Part shown: positions 9,160 to 19,600 of the stretch, one piece after another
How positions within the stretch are numbered: the stretch's first letter is position 1
Layout of the letters: each line of letters begins with the position of its first letter
Origin: a virus
IMG/VR virus record: IMGVR_UViG_3300026076_000002
Direction: 5' to 3' (one strand)
DNA length: 64,000 nt
Made by a program: the position numbers and the translations under genes
The notes under the pieces: model-generated
What the model saw: the letters and a program-made list of their open reading frames with translations, nothing else
Database searches by the model: none
Told to the model about the DNA's origin: nothing

Positions 9160-10001
9160 AACCTATACTTGTTATTTGTCCAGGAAATCCTAAATCTGGT
9201 ACAACTTCATTATTCTATACTTTATCTGAATCGGGATTTGCTAATTATCCTTTATTCAAAGAACCTCAATATTGGATAAGAATTTTAAGAGACAATGTAC
9301 AGATGATCAAATATAACGTTGATACTGGAGAAAGGTATGAACCTGGTTGGGATTGGAAAGGGTATGGGTTTAAATCTCATGATTTTTACTTGAAACATAT
9401 TTCTTCTAGAATTAGAAATTATTCTCTAAATCCTAAACCATGGTTGAGTGTAAAGGATTATGCAGATTTAGTTGGTAGAATTGCCTGTGATTTGCCGATA
9501 TGGGAGGATTATCGGTTGTTATATAAATCTACAACAATTCATGCACCTGTAATGGATTTTTCACAAATGTATAGTACTCTAACCAGTGAAGAGTTGGATA
9601 TAGTAAAGTCTGAATTAGATGAACATTTTGATATTAGAGTTATTATTTGTTTACGTGACTATTATTCATGGTTAAGATCATGTAAGAGGAATCTTATAGG
9701 TACACCTAATGCTAAAATTTCAGACCTAAAATATTATCGCTATAAAGACTTAGTAAAAAAATTCTCATCAAAGTGGCCGACTATGATTGCTAAAATGGGT
9801 GATTTTGATAATAAAGATGGTGTATTGTCTACTGTATTAAATGAGTTTTTGGGTATAAATATTACTAAATCTTGGAAAGTGGGTAAATTTAATATAACAT
9901 CTTCAACAACTACTGATACGAATGGGTATGGAGATGATTGGGATATTCCTGAAAGGGAGAATAAAAATTTCTATGAAACTGTAAAAACTGGTATAGTATA
10001 A
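9156..10001 (+). CDS. Sulfotransferase-family (P-loop) protein
   Basis: 5'-PSB motif PGNPKSGTTSL, KEP, DFS, 3'-PB-like IICLRD..SW.RS. Confidence 0.75.
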   Translation: MKPILVICPGNPKSGTTSLFYTLSESGFANYPLFKEPQYWIRILRDNVQMIKYNVDTGERYEPGWDWKGYGFKSHDFYLKHISSRIRNYSLNPKPWLSVKDYADLVGRIACDLPIWEDYRLLYKSTTIHAPVMDFSQMYSTLTSEELDIVKSELDEHFDIRVIICLRDYYSWLRSCKRNLIGTPNAKISDLKYYRYKDLVKKFSSKWPTMIAKMGDFDNKDGVLSTVLNEFLGINITKSWKVGKFNITSSTTTDTNGYGDDWDIPERENKNFYETVKTGIV

Positions 10002-11242
10002 TGGCTGATTGGTTACAGAACGCTAGTTTAAAGAATCTTACCTATACTGGTGATGGTGTACAGGCAACTGACATCAGGATGCAACATAATACCATCGAGT
10101 ACCATGAAAGTATATTTGATCCAAGTATTCATATGGAGATTGGTATACAGGATACTATTGGATTCATGGATCTAACACCTATAAGATCAGGTGGTAGACT
10201 TAATATTAAAATAGAACATGAAACAGGTGAGATAACATATGGAGACACAAACCCATTAATACTATCTAACATTGTTAATAATCTTAGAGAAGGTAAACGT
10301 GAGTTTTATACCTTACAAGGTGAGACTAAAGGAACCTATGATAATCAGATGACTAGGGTTAGTGGTAAGTATAAGGGTAACATAGGTGATTCTGTTGAGA
10401 AGATATTGAAGGACGTGATGCAGGTTCCTGAAGATAAGATTGATGTAGAGCAGACATTGAATGGTTATCATTTCATGGGTAACATGAAGAAACCTTTATA
10501 CTGTATTGCATGGTTACGTAATAGATCTATACCACACACGGCAGAGAATTCCACAACCAAGGGACATGCAGGGTTTTTATTTTGGGAAGATATGGATGGA
10601 TACCATTATAAGAGTGTTGAAAGTATATTAAAGGAAGAACCTGAGTTTGAGTATGAGTATAGGGAGGATGGTGAAAGTATCCATACAGATACTAACTTTA
10701 AACTTATAGCACCACCTATATTCACTACTAACCATGATGTACTCAAGAAGTTACGAGATGGTGCATATAAGAGTACTAATATATTCTTTGATTTATTAAC
10801 AAGACTACCTGCATTACATGAATACTCATGGGATGATGGTGAGCATACTACTATGGGTTCTGATGAACCAATACCAGAGATAGCAGCATCACCTAGTAGA
10901 AGAATGTTAGGTCTTGTTGACATAGGTGCTATGGCATTCGAGGAACCTCCCGAAGGTGAGACAGCATCTATGAATATGACTAAGTACCAAGCACAGACTG
11001 TCTCTAGGTTATCTAACTTATTTTCTCAAACCCTGAATATTACGGTTCCACTTAACCTAAAATTAAGGGTAGGTGCTATGATAACGTGTAAACTACCTAA
11101 GCTAAATACAGCTGCTACGGATTTTCGTAGTAGCCCTGCCAAGGGATCTTATATGATAACTAGGTTATCCCATAAATTCCTATCAAAAGGTGCAGTGACC
11201 GCTTTGGAGCTTGTACGAGACTCTTACGAAGAACTTAAATGA
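10001..11242 (+). CDS. Baseplate hub protein (gp27-like)
   Basis: YHESIFDP, GFLFWED..GYHYKSVES, LNITVPLN..LRVG, GSYMIT.LSH, LELVRDS; upstream of gp5. Confidence 0.7.
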   Translation: MADWLQNASLKNLTYTGDGVQATDIRMQHNTIEYHESIFDPSIHMEIGIQDTIGFMDLTPIRSGGRLNIKIEHETGEITYGDTNPLILSNIVNNLREGKREFYTLQGETKGTYDNQMTRVSGKYKGNIGDSVEKILKDVMQVPEDKIDVEQTLNGYHFMGNMKKPLYCIAWLRNRSIPHTAENSTTKGHAGFLFWEDMDGYHYKSVESILKEEPEFEYEYREDGESIHTDTNFKLIAPPIFTTNHDVLKKLRDGAYKSTNIFFDLLTRLPALHEYSWDDGEHTTMGSDEPIPEIAASPSRRMLGLVDIGAMAFEEPPEGETASMNMTKYQAQTVSRLSNLFSQTLNITVPLNLKLRVGAMITCKLPKLNTAATDFRSSPAKGSYMITRLSHKFLSKGAVTALELVRDSYEELK

Positions 11243-11508
11243 CAACTGAAATCCCTAAACATGACCTCGAACATGAGGTTTATATTGATCCAAAGGATCA
11301 TAAGGAGCATGTCAACCATGGCATGATTGAGTACACTGAAAAGGACTTGGAAATGCACAATGATGCTTTCCATGACCACACCGAAGAGGAAGTGGAACCT
11401 AATGATGGTAAGATTAATGACTGGCACACACGCCATGAAGATAAGCACCTAGAAGTGTATTGTGATAACCATCCAGATTCACTGGAATGTCGAGTGTATG
11501 ACGATTAA
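11239..11508 (+). CDS. cp12: CP12-like protein (Calvin-cycle inhibitor family), His-rich, C-terminal Cys pair only
   Basis: C-terminal LEVYCDNHPDSLECRVYDD matches the CP12 C-terminal motif. Confidence 0.75.
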   Translation: MTTEIPKHDLEHEVYIDPKDHKEHVNHGMIEYTEKDLEMHNDAFHDHTEEEVEPNDGKINDWHTRHEDKHLEVYCDNHPDSLECRVYDD

Positions 11509-13487
11509 TGCTAGAACAAAGTTTTTCTAAAATTAACTTTATAGGTGAAGACGGTTTCCATTGGTTTATCGGTCAAGTCACTGCTGATGAAGCATGGCGT
11601 GATTATAGTATAGCGTATGGTTATCGTGCCAAAGTTAGAATTTTAGGAAGACATCCTAGCACTAACGAAGTACCAGACTCGGAGTTACCTTGGGCACACT
11701 TTTTACTACCACCTAGTTTAGGTTCAGGTACTAATGGTGCTGGTCATAGTTTCTTTATACATGGGGGTGAGACTGTAATAGGTTTCTTCCTCGATGGTGA
11801 GGATATGCAGCAACCCATCGTACTTGGGTCGTTGCATAATGCTGACTTCATACCAGCAGAAGGTGTGAAAGCATGGAATAAAGTTATCTCTGATGAATCA
11901 TCAGGATTTAAACCTATTGCTTTCAATAACAATCTGAAGTTTGGTATGCATCATTCACCAGTATCTGCTGGTAAGATTCATAAAGCAGGTGTTATACCTG
12001 ATGAAAACAATGAAGTACGTGATGACGACAGGAAGCCTTTAAAGGCAAAGTTAACAGTAATAAATGATGAACAACGATTGATACGTAAAGCAAAAGCATG
12101 CACAGGTTCTGCTGGCTTTATGAGTGATGTTGCTAAAGCATTAGCATCATTTACTGAAATCGTAGGTGGTCTCCAGAAAACTGTTGACGGATTTATCGAT
12201 CCTATCCTTAATCAGATATATGATATTAAGAACCTAGTTAAGCGAATTAGTAAACTGATATCCAGACAGTTTGCAAAACTGATTCGCTTGGCTCGGAAGT
12301 TCATGTTCGAGAAGATCTACAAGTTAGTCGAACAGGCACTAGGTTTCTTAATACCAGATAACTTACTAAAGGATATCGCTATTAAAAAGAGTATCGATGG
12401 AATCTACTGTGTTATTGAAAATATTATTAAGGGATTAGGTAGCTTTATATCTGATTTCCTTATGGGGTTGATTGGTAAGGTCGTAAATCTTCCCCTTTGT
12501 GCTGCTGAACAGGCAATCGCTGGTCTTATGTCTAACTTGACTAATAAGATCCAAGGTCTTATTGGACCTTCACTAAACGGTATCATGGGTATACTTGGTC
12601 CGATTGGTTCATTCATGGGATTTATGAACAAAGCGATGGGTTATGCTCAGATGGGTCTTAACTTCTTATCATGTCAAGGTCAAGAGTGTGATACAGAACC
12701 TTATGATTGGGCTACTAACTTTGGACCTAGCAAGAAGAGCATGGTTGACTTCCAAAGAGCAATCAATATATCATCACAGTTTAGTAAGTTAGATCTGGGT
12801 GGTAAGATAGAGGACTTTGTTGATGGTATATTCCCCACAGGTGGTACTGGTTCAGAAGATGTGGCTGCTCTGGTTGGTGACTGTCCCACTGATGCTAAGT
12901 TATGTGGTCCTCCTAAGATAGAAATATTTGGTGGTGGTGGAGTAGGAGCAGCAGCAAATGCTGTCATCAACTCTATTGGTCAGGTGGTTGGTGTTAATAT
13001 GAAGAGTCTTGGTATTGGTTATAAGAACACACCTTTTGTTACTATAATTGATAACTGTGATAATGGTAGGGGTGCTACTGCACGGGCAGTTGTAGAAGAT
13101 GAGAAGGTTGTTGATATTATCATAGAATTACCTGGTGGTGGATACTTAGGTCCTGATGATTCAACAGGAACTGATGAAGGTACTGAGGTTGTAGGTACAG
13201 TAGATGATGGTGATATTATTAACACTGGTGTAGGTTATACTGAAGATGATACTATAACTACTGGTAATGGTGATACATTTAAACCTATTGTAGATGATGA
13301 TGGACGTATCATTGGTATGGAAAATCTGGTCAAAATACCTGGTGTAACTGACTTCCCAACATTCACAATAAATAGCGATACTGGTTATGGTGCTATCATT
13401 CAGCCCATAGTTAAGTTTACTGAACCTGATAAGGATTTAATTATTCCAGAAGGTACTAAAGTTTTAACTGTAATTGATTGTGTCTAA
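11508..13487 (+). CDS. gp5: Baseplate hub/central spike protein (gp5 N-terminal OB domain; no recognisable lysozyme domain)
   Basis: GFHWFIGQV, RAKVRILGRH, LPWAH, GETVIGFFLDG..QQPIVLG. Confidence 0.85.
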   Translation: MLEQSFSKINFIGEDGFHWFIGQVTADEAWRDYSIAYGYRAKVRILGRHPSTNEVPDSELPWAHFLLPPSLGSGTNGAGHSFFIHGGETVIGFFLDGEDMQQPIVLGSLHNADFIPAEGVKAWNKVISDESSGFKPIAFNNNLKFGMHHSPVSAGKIHKAGVIPDENNEVRDDDRKPLKAKLTVINDEQRLIRKAKACTGSAGFMSDVAKALASFTEIVGGLQKTVDGFIDPILNQIYDIKNLVKRISKLISRQFAKLIRLARKFMFEKIYKLVEQALGFLIPDNLLKDIAIKKSIDGIYCVIENIIKGLGSFISDFLMGLIGKVVNLPLCAAEQAIAGLMSNLTNKIQGLIGPSLNGIMGILGPIGSFMGFMNKAMGYAQMGLNFLSCQGQECDTEPYDWATNFGPSKKSMVDFQRAINISSQFSKLDLGGKIEDFVDGIFPTGGTGSEDVAALVGDCPTDAKLCGPPKIEIFGGGGVGAAANAVINSIGQVVGVNMKSLGIGYKNTPFVTIIDNCDNGRGATARAVVEDEKVVDIIIELPGGGYLGPDDSTGTDEGTEVVGTVDDGDIINTGVGYTEDDTITTGNGDTFKPIVDDDGRIIGMENLVKIPGVTDFPTFTINSDTGYGAIIQPIVKFTEPDKDLIIPEGTKVLTVIDCV

Positions 13488-14016
13488 AAAAATAACTCCA
13501 CCATTAATCTTCAATAACCCTGAAGATGGTACTTTAATTATTGGTTCTGAAAGTTCAGCAGTATTGAGGACTAGACAGGTTCAGTTAGCTGCTGGTTCTG
13601 GAGCAAATGTACGTCTGTTTGAAGATGGTGGATGGGAAGTTAAAGCACAACCCAATAATAAGGGTTCAAATATTATACAGAAAGGAGAAGGACCCCTTAA
13701 TATTGAGTCAGAAGGTGACCTTAATATAGACTGTAAAGGTACATTATCCATTACAGCAGATAAAATAGTCTTTGATTGTGATGATTTTATTACTCAAGCA
13801 TCTAATGATATTAGATTAGATGCAGATAACAATACTACTATACTAGGTACTAATATAGTAATTAAAGCAAATCAGAATGTTTTGACATCTTCTGATGGTT
13901 GGAACATCATATCAGGTAACCCAGTATTCATACATGAAAAGAAAAGTAAGTTGATACCAACGGGTGTGGGTGATGTTATAGATATGTTATTGGATCAAAT
14001 TGTTCTAGGAGTATAA
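13474..14016 (+). CDS. gp5 C-terminal beta-helix-like spike protein
   Basis: Repeating beta-strand pattern (GDLNIDCKGTLSITAD, DIRLDA, NIVIKA); follows gp5. Confidence 0.55.
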   Translation: MIVSKKITPPLIFNNPEDGTLIIGSESSAVLRTRQVQLAAGSGANVRLFEDGGWEVKAQPNNKGSNIIQKGEGPLNIESEGDLNIDCKGTLSITADKIVFDCDDFITQASNDIRLDADNNTTILGTNIVIKANQNVLTSSDGWNIISGNPVFIHEKKSKLIPTGVGDVIDMLLDQIVLGV

Positions 14017-14017
14017 C

Positions 14018-14956
14018 ATGGCAATCGCAGGTGAGTTAGGAGCATCAAAACTTTATATTGGACCAGAACTGCCTATTAGGAAGGATCAGTCGCTTCTTAC
14101 TTTAAACAGTTTAGATCCTTTTGCTGGTACACTATCATGTGTTGGTCCTGCTTTCTTTGGAGCACCTACTAATGTAGGTTTTGCAAGGGCAGTTGTTAAT
14201 ATTGGACCTAATATTCCTGGTATTACAGGTGGTTTTGTATCTGGTATACCATTACTAGCATTGGATGTTACTGGTGGAACCCATCATTATGGGTGGATGA
14301 ATAACTTTGCTATCAGTAATTTCTTTAGTATATCCAACACCATAGGTGTCAATAATAGGATAGGTGCTAACAACGACATTGGCTTTTTGAACAGATTAGG
14401 GTATAATACTGGTATTGGCGGTGAGTCGAATGCTCAACCTGTACAGGGTGATTTCTGTCCAGCGAAGAAGTCGGCTGCACCAGTTTATCGACATTATGGA
14501 ATGATCATGGCTGATGAAGTGATGACCAGTTCTGGTAGGACTCTTTCTACTAGAAAAGGTTTTGATATTAAACATCCTAATAAGGAAGGACATAGACTGA
14601 GACACATTTGTGTTGAAGGTCCTGAGGCAGCAGTCTATGTACGTGGTACAGTGACTAAAGATGGTATCATAGAACTACCAGATTACTGGAGAGGTCTTAT
14701 TAAGAAAGAGACTATCACAGTGACACTAACACCTATCGGTGTCTATCAAGAATTATTTGTTGACAGAATAGAATGGGGGCAAAGAGTCTTCATTAAGAAT
14801 AATGCTGGTGGTGCTATCAATGCATACTATACTGTATGGGCAGATAGAGTTGGTCCTGAGTTGCACGTAGAATACGAAGGAGAATCAGCAGCAGATTACC
14901 CTGATGACCAGTCAGAATATAGTATTGCTGGATATCATTACGATGTCAAGGAATAG
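14018..14956 (+). CDS. Virion protein with a C-terminal chaperone-like domain
   Basis: KGFDIKHP..RLRHICVEGPEAAVYVRG, IELPDYW motif common in cyanophage spike/fibre C-termini. Confidence 0.6.
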   Translation: MAIAGELGASKLYIGPELPIRKDQSLLTLNSLDPFAGTLSCVGPAFFGAPTNVGFARAVVNIGPNIPGITGGFVSGIPLLALDVTGGTHHYGWMNNFAISNFFSISNTIGVNNRIGANNDIGFLNRLGYNTGIGGESNAQPVQGDFCPAKKSAAPVYRHYGMIMADEVMTSSGRTLSTRKGFDIKHPNKEGHRLRHICVEGPEAAVYVRGTVTKDGIIELPDYWRGLIKKETITVTLTPIGVYQELFVDRIEWGQRVFIKNNAGGAINAYYTVWADRVGPELHVEYEGESAADYPDDQSEYSIAGYHYDVKE

Positions 14957-14982
14957 ACAGGGAGCATACCCTGTGGTATAAT
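14954..14982 (+). promoter_or_regulatory. Sigma70-type promoter overlapping a short hairpin
   Basis: TAGACA-17 nt-TATAAT; ACAGGG..CCCTGT inverted repeat. Confidence 0.6.
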
Positions 14983-15006
14983 ACATACTGTAGTCTCAGT
15001 TTTTTT

Positions 15007-15195
15007 ATGATTGACGAGTGCGTTAGCTTGATCGAAGTGGATGTCATGAACAAGACCTATTGCATCTATGGTGAGGATGGGTCTGTTAATGAAGTGCTTT
15101 GTGACACAATAGATCAGTTCCTAAATGTCTTAGATCTTGTCAGAAGTAATTCTGATAGAACTGAGGTTGTTTATCTATCCGATGGCAGCGATTAG
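15007..15195 (+). CDS. Small hypothetical protein
   Basis: ORF downstream of the promoter; acidic; CDTIDQFLNVL. Confidence 0.6.
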   Translation: MIDECVSLIEVDVMNKTYCIYGEDGSVNEVLCDTIDQFLNVLDLVRSNSDRTEVVYLSDGSD

Positions 15196-15325
15196 ATGTC
15201 CTATGTGTGGGCATATATGCAATAGTCGGATAGAATTTGGTTCCCACATCAAACGATGTAAAAAATCAAATTCTAAATTTAATTTCAACCCTAAAAGAAA
15301 CTCAAAACCTAAGAAAAAAAGATGA
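15182..15325 (+). CDS. Small zinc-finger-like basic protein (start reassigned from 15137)
   Basis: GAGG upstream; MAAIRCPMCGHICNSRIEFGSHIKRC plus Lys-rich tail. Confidence 0.55.
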   Translation: MAAIRCPMCGHICNSRIEFGSHIKRCKKSNSKFNFNPKRNSKPKKKR

Positions 15326-15888
15326 TGATTCCGCAAGACATAGCTGATCCTGATTACCAGTCAGAAAATGTTTTTAGGATTGCTATGCTTAATGCTGATG
15401 GTGACCACTGTTGGTTAACTGATCACAATAAGACACCAAAGATTAATACATTTAAGTATAGTAAGAAAATTAAATTCTTAGCAAATGCATATCCTACTCA
15501 TACACACACTTGGTCTACTGAACGTAGAGCAAACAATGCTATAGCAACTATACCATTTAGTAAGATTAGACAGAAGTTATTTACTGTAGAGTCAAGACCT
15601 GATAAGATAGTAGACAGAATATTCTATAGGTTTGCTATTAGAGATGAAGGTAAACCATTGATGTGGTTACGTGAGGATGAGTCTTGGGATCAATTAATAT
15701 GGGAGGATACTGTCTTGATAGATGACATCATGGACGCTTTTGACTTTATGGATACATTTTCTGAAAGACAAAAGGATTATATTAAGTTGGTTAAGTGTTA
15801 TGATTATGGACCACCAGACTGGCCTTGGGATTATGAGTTTGTAACCCGTAGGAGTTGTATATATTGTAAGACTGAATTTACTCCTTAA
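15322..15888 (+). CDS. Hypothetical protein
   Basis: 188-aa ORF whose start overlaps the upstream stop. Confidence 0.55.
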   Translation: MMIPQDIADPDYQSENVFRIAMLNADGDHCWLTDHNKTPKINTFKYSKKIKFLANAYPTHTHTWSTERRANNAIATIPFSKIRQKLFTVESRPDKIVDRIFYRFAIRDEGKPLMWLREDESWDQLIWEDTVLIDDIMDAFDFMDTFSERQKDYIKLVKCYDYGPPDWPWDYEFVTRRSCIYCKTEFTP

Positions 15889-16645
15889 TATACTCAGCGT
15901 AATCAGGGTCTTCTAGTGCTGCTATTAGACCTTCTTTTTTGCTTATTTGATCATCAATCATTTCCATAGAGTTAGTCATACCATACTTACGTAGTTCATA
16001 TCTTGCTCTTTCTTCCTTAATAATATTAACATGCTCTATGACAGCATCACGTTCTGCACGTAGTGCTGGTAGTTTTGCATACTCAGCATCAATAGTTGCT
16101 TGGGTTCCATCACAGTTAGTTCCATCACTACCTGATACGAACTCTAAGTAACTACCAACTAGAACTGTTGCTATACCAGTATATGTACCAATACCACTAT
16201 TAGTACCGTCTAGTACTGTAACAGTTTTAGCAAAGGGATCTTCACCACTAAATGCCCAGCTGTGTAGTTGCACCTGATCGTATGCAATTTCTCTACTAAG
16301 TGCTGCTGGATCTCCATCCTCATCTGTACCAGCAAGGACAGGTTCTCCATCTATTTCGGAGCAGTCACTTGCTGCCGTTCCAGTATCTAATATTGTTTGT
16401 AGGACTGCATTTATACTATTATTGACTTCATTTATCTTATCATCCAGACCTTCTACTGCTGGTTGGTATCTGTCTATCATTTCATCACAACCTTCTATGA
16501 CTGTAACCAGTTCATTGTTGTGATCACCTGAGAATATCTTTACACCGTCAAGTGTCTTTTGTATATCTTCTCTTTGCTGTTTATCTTGTTTGATTTCACG
16601 AGCATAAGACGCAATCAAGTATTGGGTTTTAGGACCAACTGCCAT
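15878..16645 (-). CDS. Hypothetical, probably late/virion coiled-coil protein
   Basis: Acidic coiled coil with GIGTYTGIAT motif; divergent late promoter. Confidence 0.6.
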   Translation of the reverse strand: MAVGPKTQYLIASYAREIKQDKQQREDIQKTLDGVKIFSGDHNNELVTVIEGCDEMIDRYQPAVEGLDDKINEVNNSINAVLQTILDTGTAASDCSEIDGEPVLAGTDEDGDPAALSREIAYDQVQLHSWAFSGEDPFAKTVTVLDGTNSGIGTYTGIATVLVGSYLEFVSGSDGTNCDGTQATIDAEYAKLPALRAERDAVIEHVNIIKEERARYELRKYGMTNSMEMIDDQISKKEGLIAALEDPDYAEYIKE

Positions 16646-16647
16646 GG

Positions 16648-16683
16648 TATAAATAAGTTGAAGAGTAGGTGTCAGTATTTATT
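16648..16683. promoter_or_regulatory. Divergent T4 late promoters
   Basis: TATAAATA at 16648-16655 (+) and TATTTATT at 16676-16683 (-). Confidence 0.75.
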
Positions 16684-16688
16684 AGGCT

Positions 16689-19600
16689 ATGCCGTTAAGC
16701 AGATTGGAAAATTTCCTGAAGAACGTTCAGGGCAATGTCATATACGTAAACCCAGAAGAACTGGATGCAACGGATGATATTGGAAATACTGGTAACTCAA
16801 GAGCCAGACCTTTTAAGACTATTCAACGTGCGTTGATTGAGTCTGCTAGATTCTCGTACCAGATTGGAAAGGATAATGATAAGTTCGATAAGACTACTAT
16901 ACTTGTAAGTCCAGGTACACATTATATTGACAATAGACCAGGATATAGTATAAACACAGACGGTGACTTGTTTGATGTTAACGGCACATCAGTACAGATA
17001 GACCAGTTCAGTGTTGGTACTAACTTTAATATACATGATCCTAACAACGAATTATATAAGTTTAATAGTATCCACGGTGGTGTTATCATGCCACGTGGTA
17101 CATCAGTTGTTGGACAAGACTTAAGAAAGACTAAGATAAGACCTAAGTATATACCAGACCCACATAATAATAACCTACCTAGAACTTCTATCTTTAAAGT
17201 AACTGGTTCATGCTGGTTCTTTGGATTCTCATTCTTTGATGGTGACCAACAGGATAGAACTTTTAGAGATTATACTAAGAGTGTATACACACCAAACTAT
17301 TCACACCATAAATTAACTTGTTTTGAGTTTGCTGATGGTGTTAACAATGTTGGTGATGGTAACCTTGCCACCACTGACCTTGACATGTACTATAACAAGT
17401 TAACACTTGGTTATGGTACTAACAGTGGTAGAGCATTACCTAACTACCCAGCTAACAACGACTTTGAGACACAGATCGATGAGACCCGTATTGTTGGTGC
17501 TATCAGTCAGTTAGGTGCTATTTCTATCAAGGACATATATTCTGGTAGAAATACAAGTGACACTACTGCTACTCCAGTTGTTACTGTTATCACTAAGTCT
17601 GACCATAGGCTTAATGTAGATACACCTATCCTTATTACTGGTGTTGATAACCCTGAGTATGATGGTAGTTACATGGTAACTGGTGTTGTTAATGACACTA
17701 CATTTACCTATGCATTAGCTACAACTCCTACATCAACAGCAACACCGTTGTTGGTTAACAAGGAACCATTTGTAACTATTGAGTCTGATACAGTTACATC
17801 ATCCTCACCATATATCTTTAACTGTTCTATTAGATCAGTATATGGTTTGAATGGTATGGATTGTGACGGTGACAAAGCCACTGGTTTCAAATCAATGGTT
17901 ACTGCACAGTTCACTGGTATATCATTGAACAAAGATGATAATGCTTATGTTCTATACAATGAGGAGACAGGTATATGGGAAGATCAAGCAACACTAGGTT
18001 CATCTGTATCATTACACACTAACAGTAGGGCAAGACACAAACCCGAATGGGAGAACTTCCACGTTAGGGTGGCAAGTAATTCTATTATACAGGCGGTATC
18101 TGTTTTCGCTATTGGTTATGCTAAACACTTTGTTGCAGACAAGGGTGGTGATATGTCTATCACCAACAGTAACAGTAACTTTGGTGCTAGGGCATTAGAA
18201 GCTGATAAGTATAGATTTGAGGCGTTTGGTAAAGATGATGCAGGGTATATCACAGAAATTATTCCGCCACAAAAAAACACCAGGGGGTCAACGAGATATA
18301 ATTGGGTTCCAGTTGATGTAGACAACACAGATAACCTATTCACAGGCACAAGTTTACCAACTGGTATAGGTTCTACTGATACTAAACTGTTACTACATGG
18401 TTATACTCAGAAGGATGCTTTACCACCATTCGTAACCAATGGTTATAATATTGGTAACAAAGATAATGAAATAGTATATGCAAACATAGAGAATGCGATA
18501 TATGCATCTCCTATTCTTATGCCAGTACCCCAGTCAAATCCTGACGAAAGGGTAGTTGCTAAGAAGGAGTCTGAGGTTCTCAGGGAAAATGGTATAAACA
18601 AGATTACAGGGTCACGTTTTACATTAAGAGAAGACCATAAGTTCTTACAGGGTGAGTCTATCAGGATATATTCTGAAGATGGTTCATTACCTGATGGTAT
18701 AGAATATGGCAGAATGTATTATGTTGTTCCAGTGGAAGGAGCACCTGATCAGATTGATATTGCTACAACATATAATAATGCTCTTGCTGGTACTGAAGGT
18801 AGACTTCTTGGTATAAACAACCTAGGTGGTAGTTTAAGGATAGTATCTACAGTTGAGGATAAGGAGCCAGGGCAACCAGGTCATCCAATCCAGTATGACG
18901 AAGATCTTGGATTCTGGTATGTTAACGTAGGTGCTGGTAATACTATAAGTACTGGTATTAATACTAACACTGCTACTATATCACCTAAGACACAATCACT
19001 ATTCATATACAGAAAGCCAGACCAGAGAAGTGCTGAAGATAAGACCTATAGAGTTAGATATGTTATACCTGAGTCAGCAACACTAGCTGCAGCTCCTAAC
19101 AATGGATTCTCTATTGAGGAATCATCTGCTGTTATTGATGATGACATGTATGGTTCAGTTAATGACACACTTACAAGTGTTAATAACTTAAGAACCAGTA
19201 CTAATATAGTTGATGCTACATGGGCTGGTAATGTTGCTATCGTTACTGCACAGAATCCACATAGACTGAATGTTGGTAATATTGTTGAAGTTACTAGGTT
19301 GAAGTCTGAGAATAATGCTAATGGTTTAGATAATCTAGGATTTAATGGAATATACAGTGTTCTTGCTATTACTGATAGTAAGACATTCTCTGTTGGATTA
19401 AACACTAACCCAGGCAGCATCAGTACAATATCTAATGCTGGTATACCTTATACAGTACATGATTCTACTGTTATTGGTAGTGGTAGAACTGATAGTCCAT
19501 ACTTTGTTAAGAGAACCTTTGGTCCTTCTTATCAGATATATGCTAACACACCTGTTCAAGAATACAAGAAGGACGTACAGGATGGTGTCTATGACTTATC

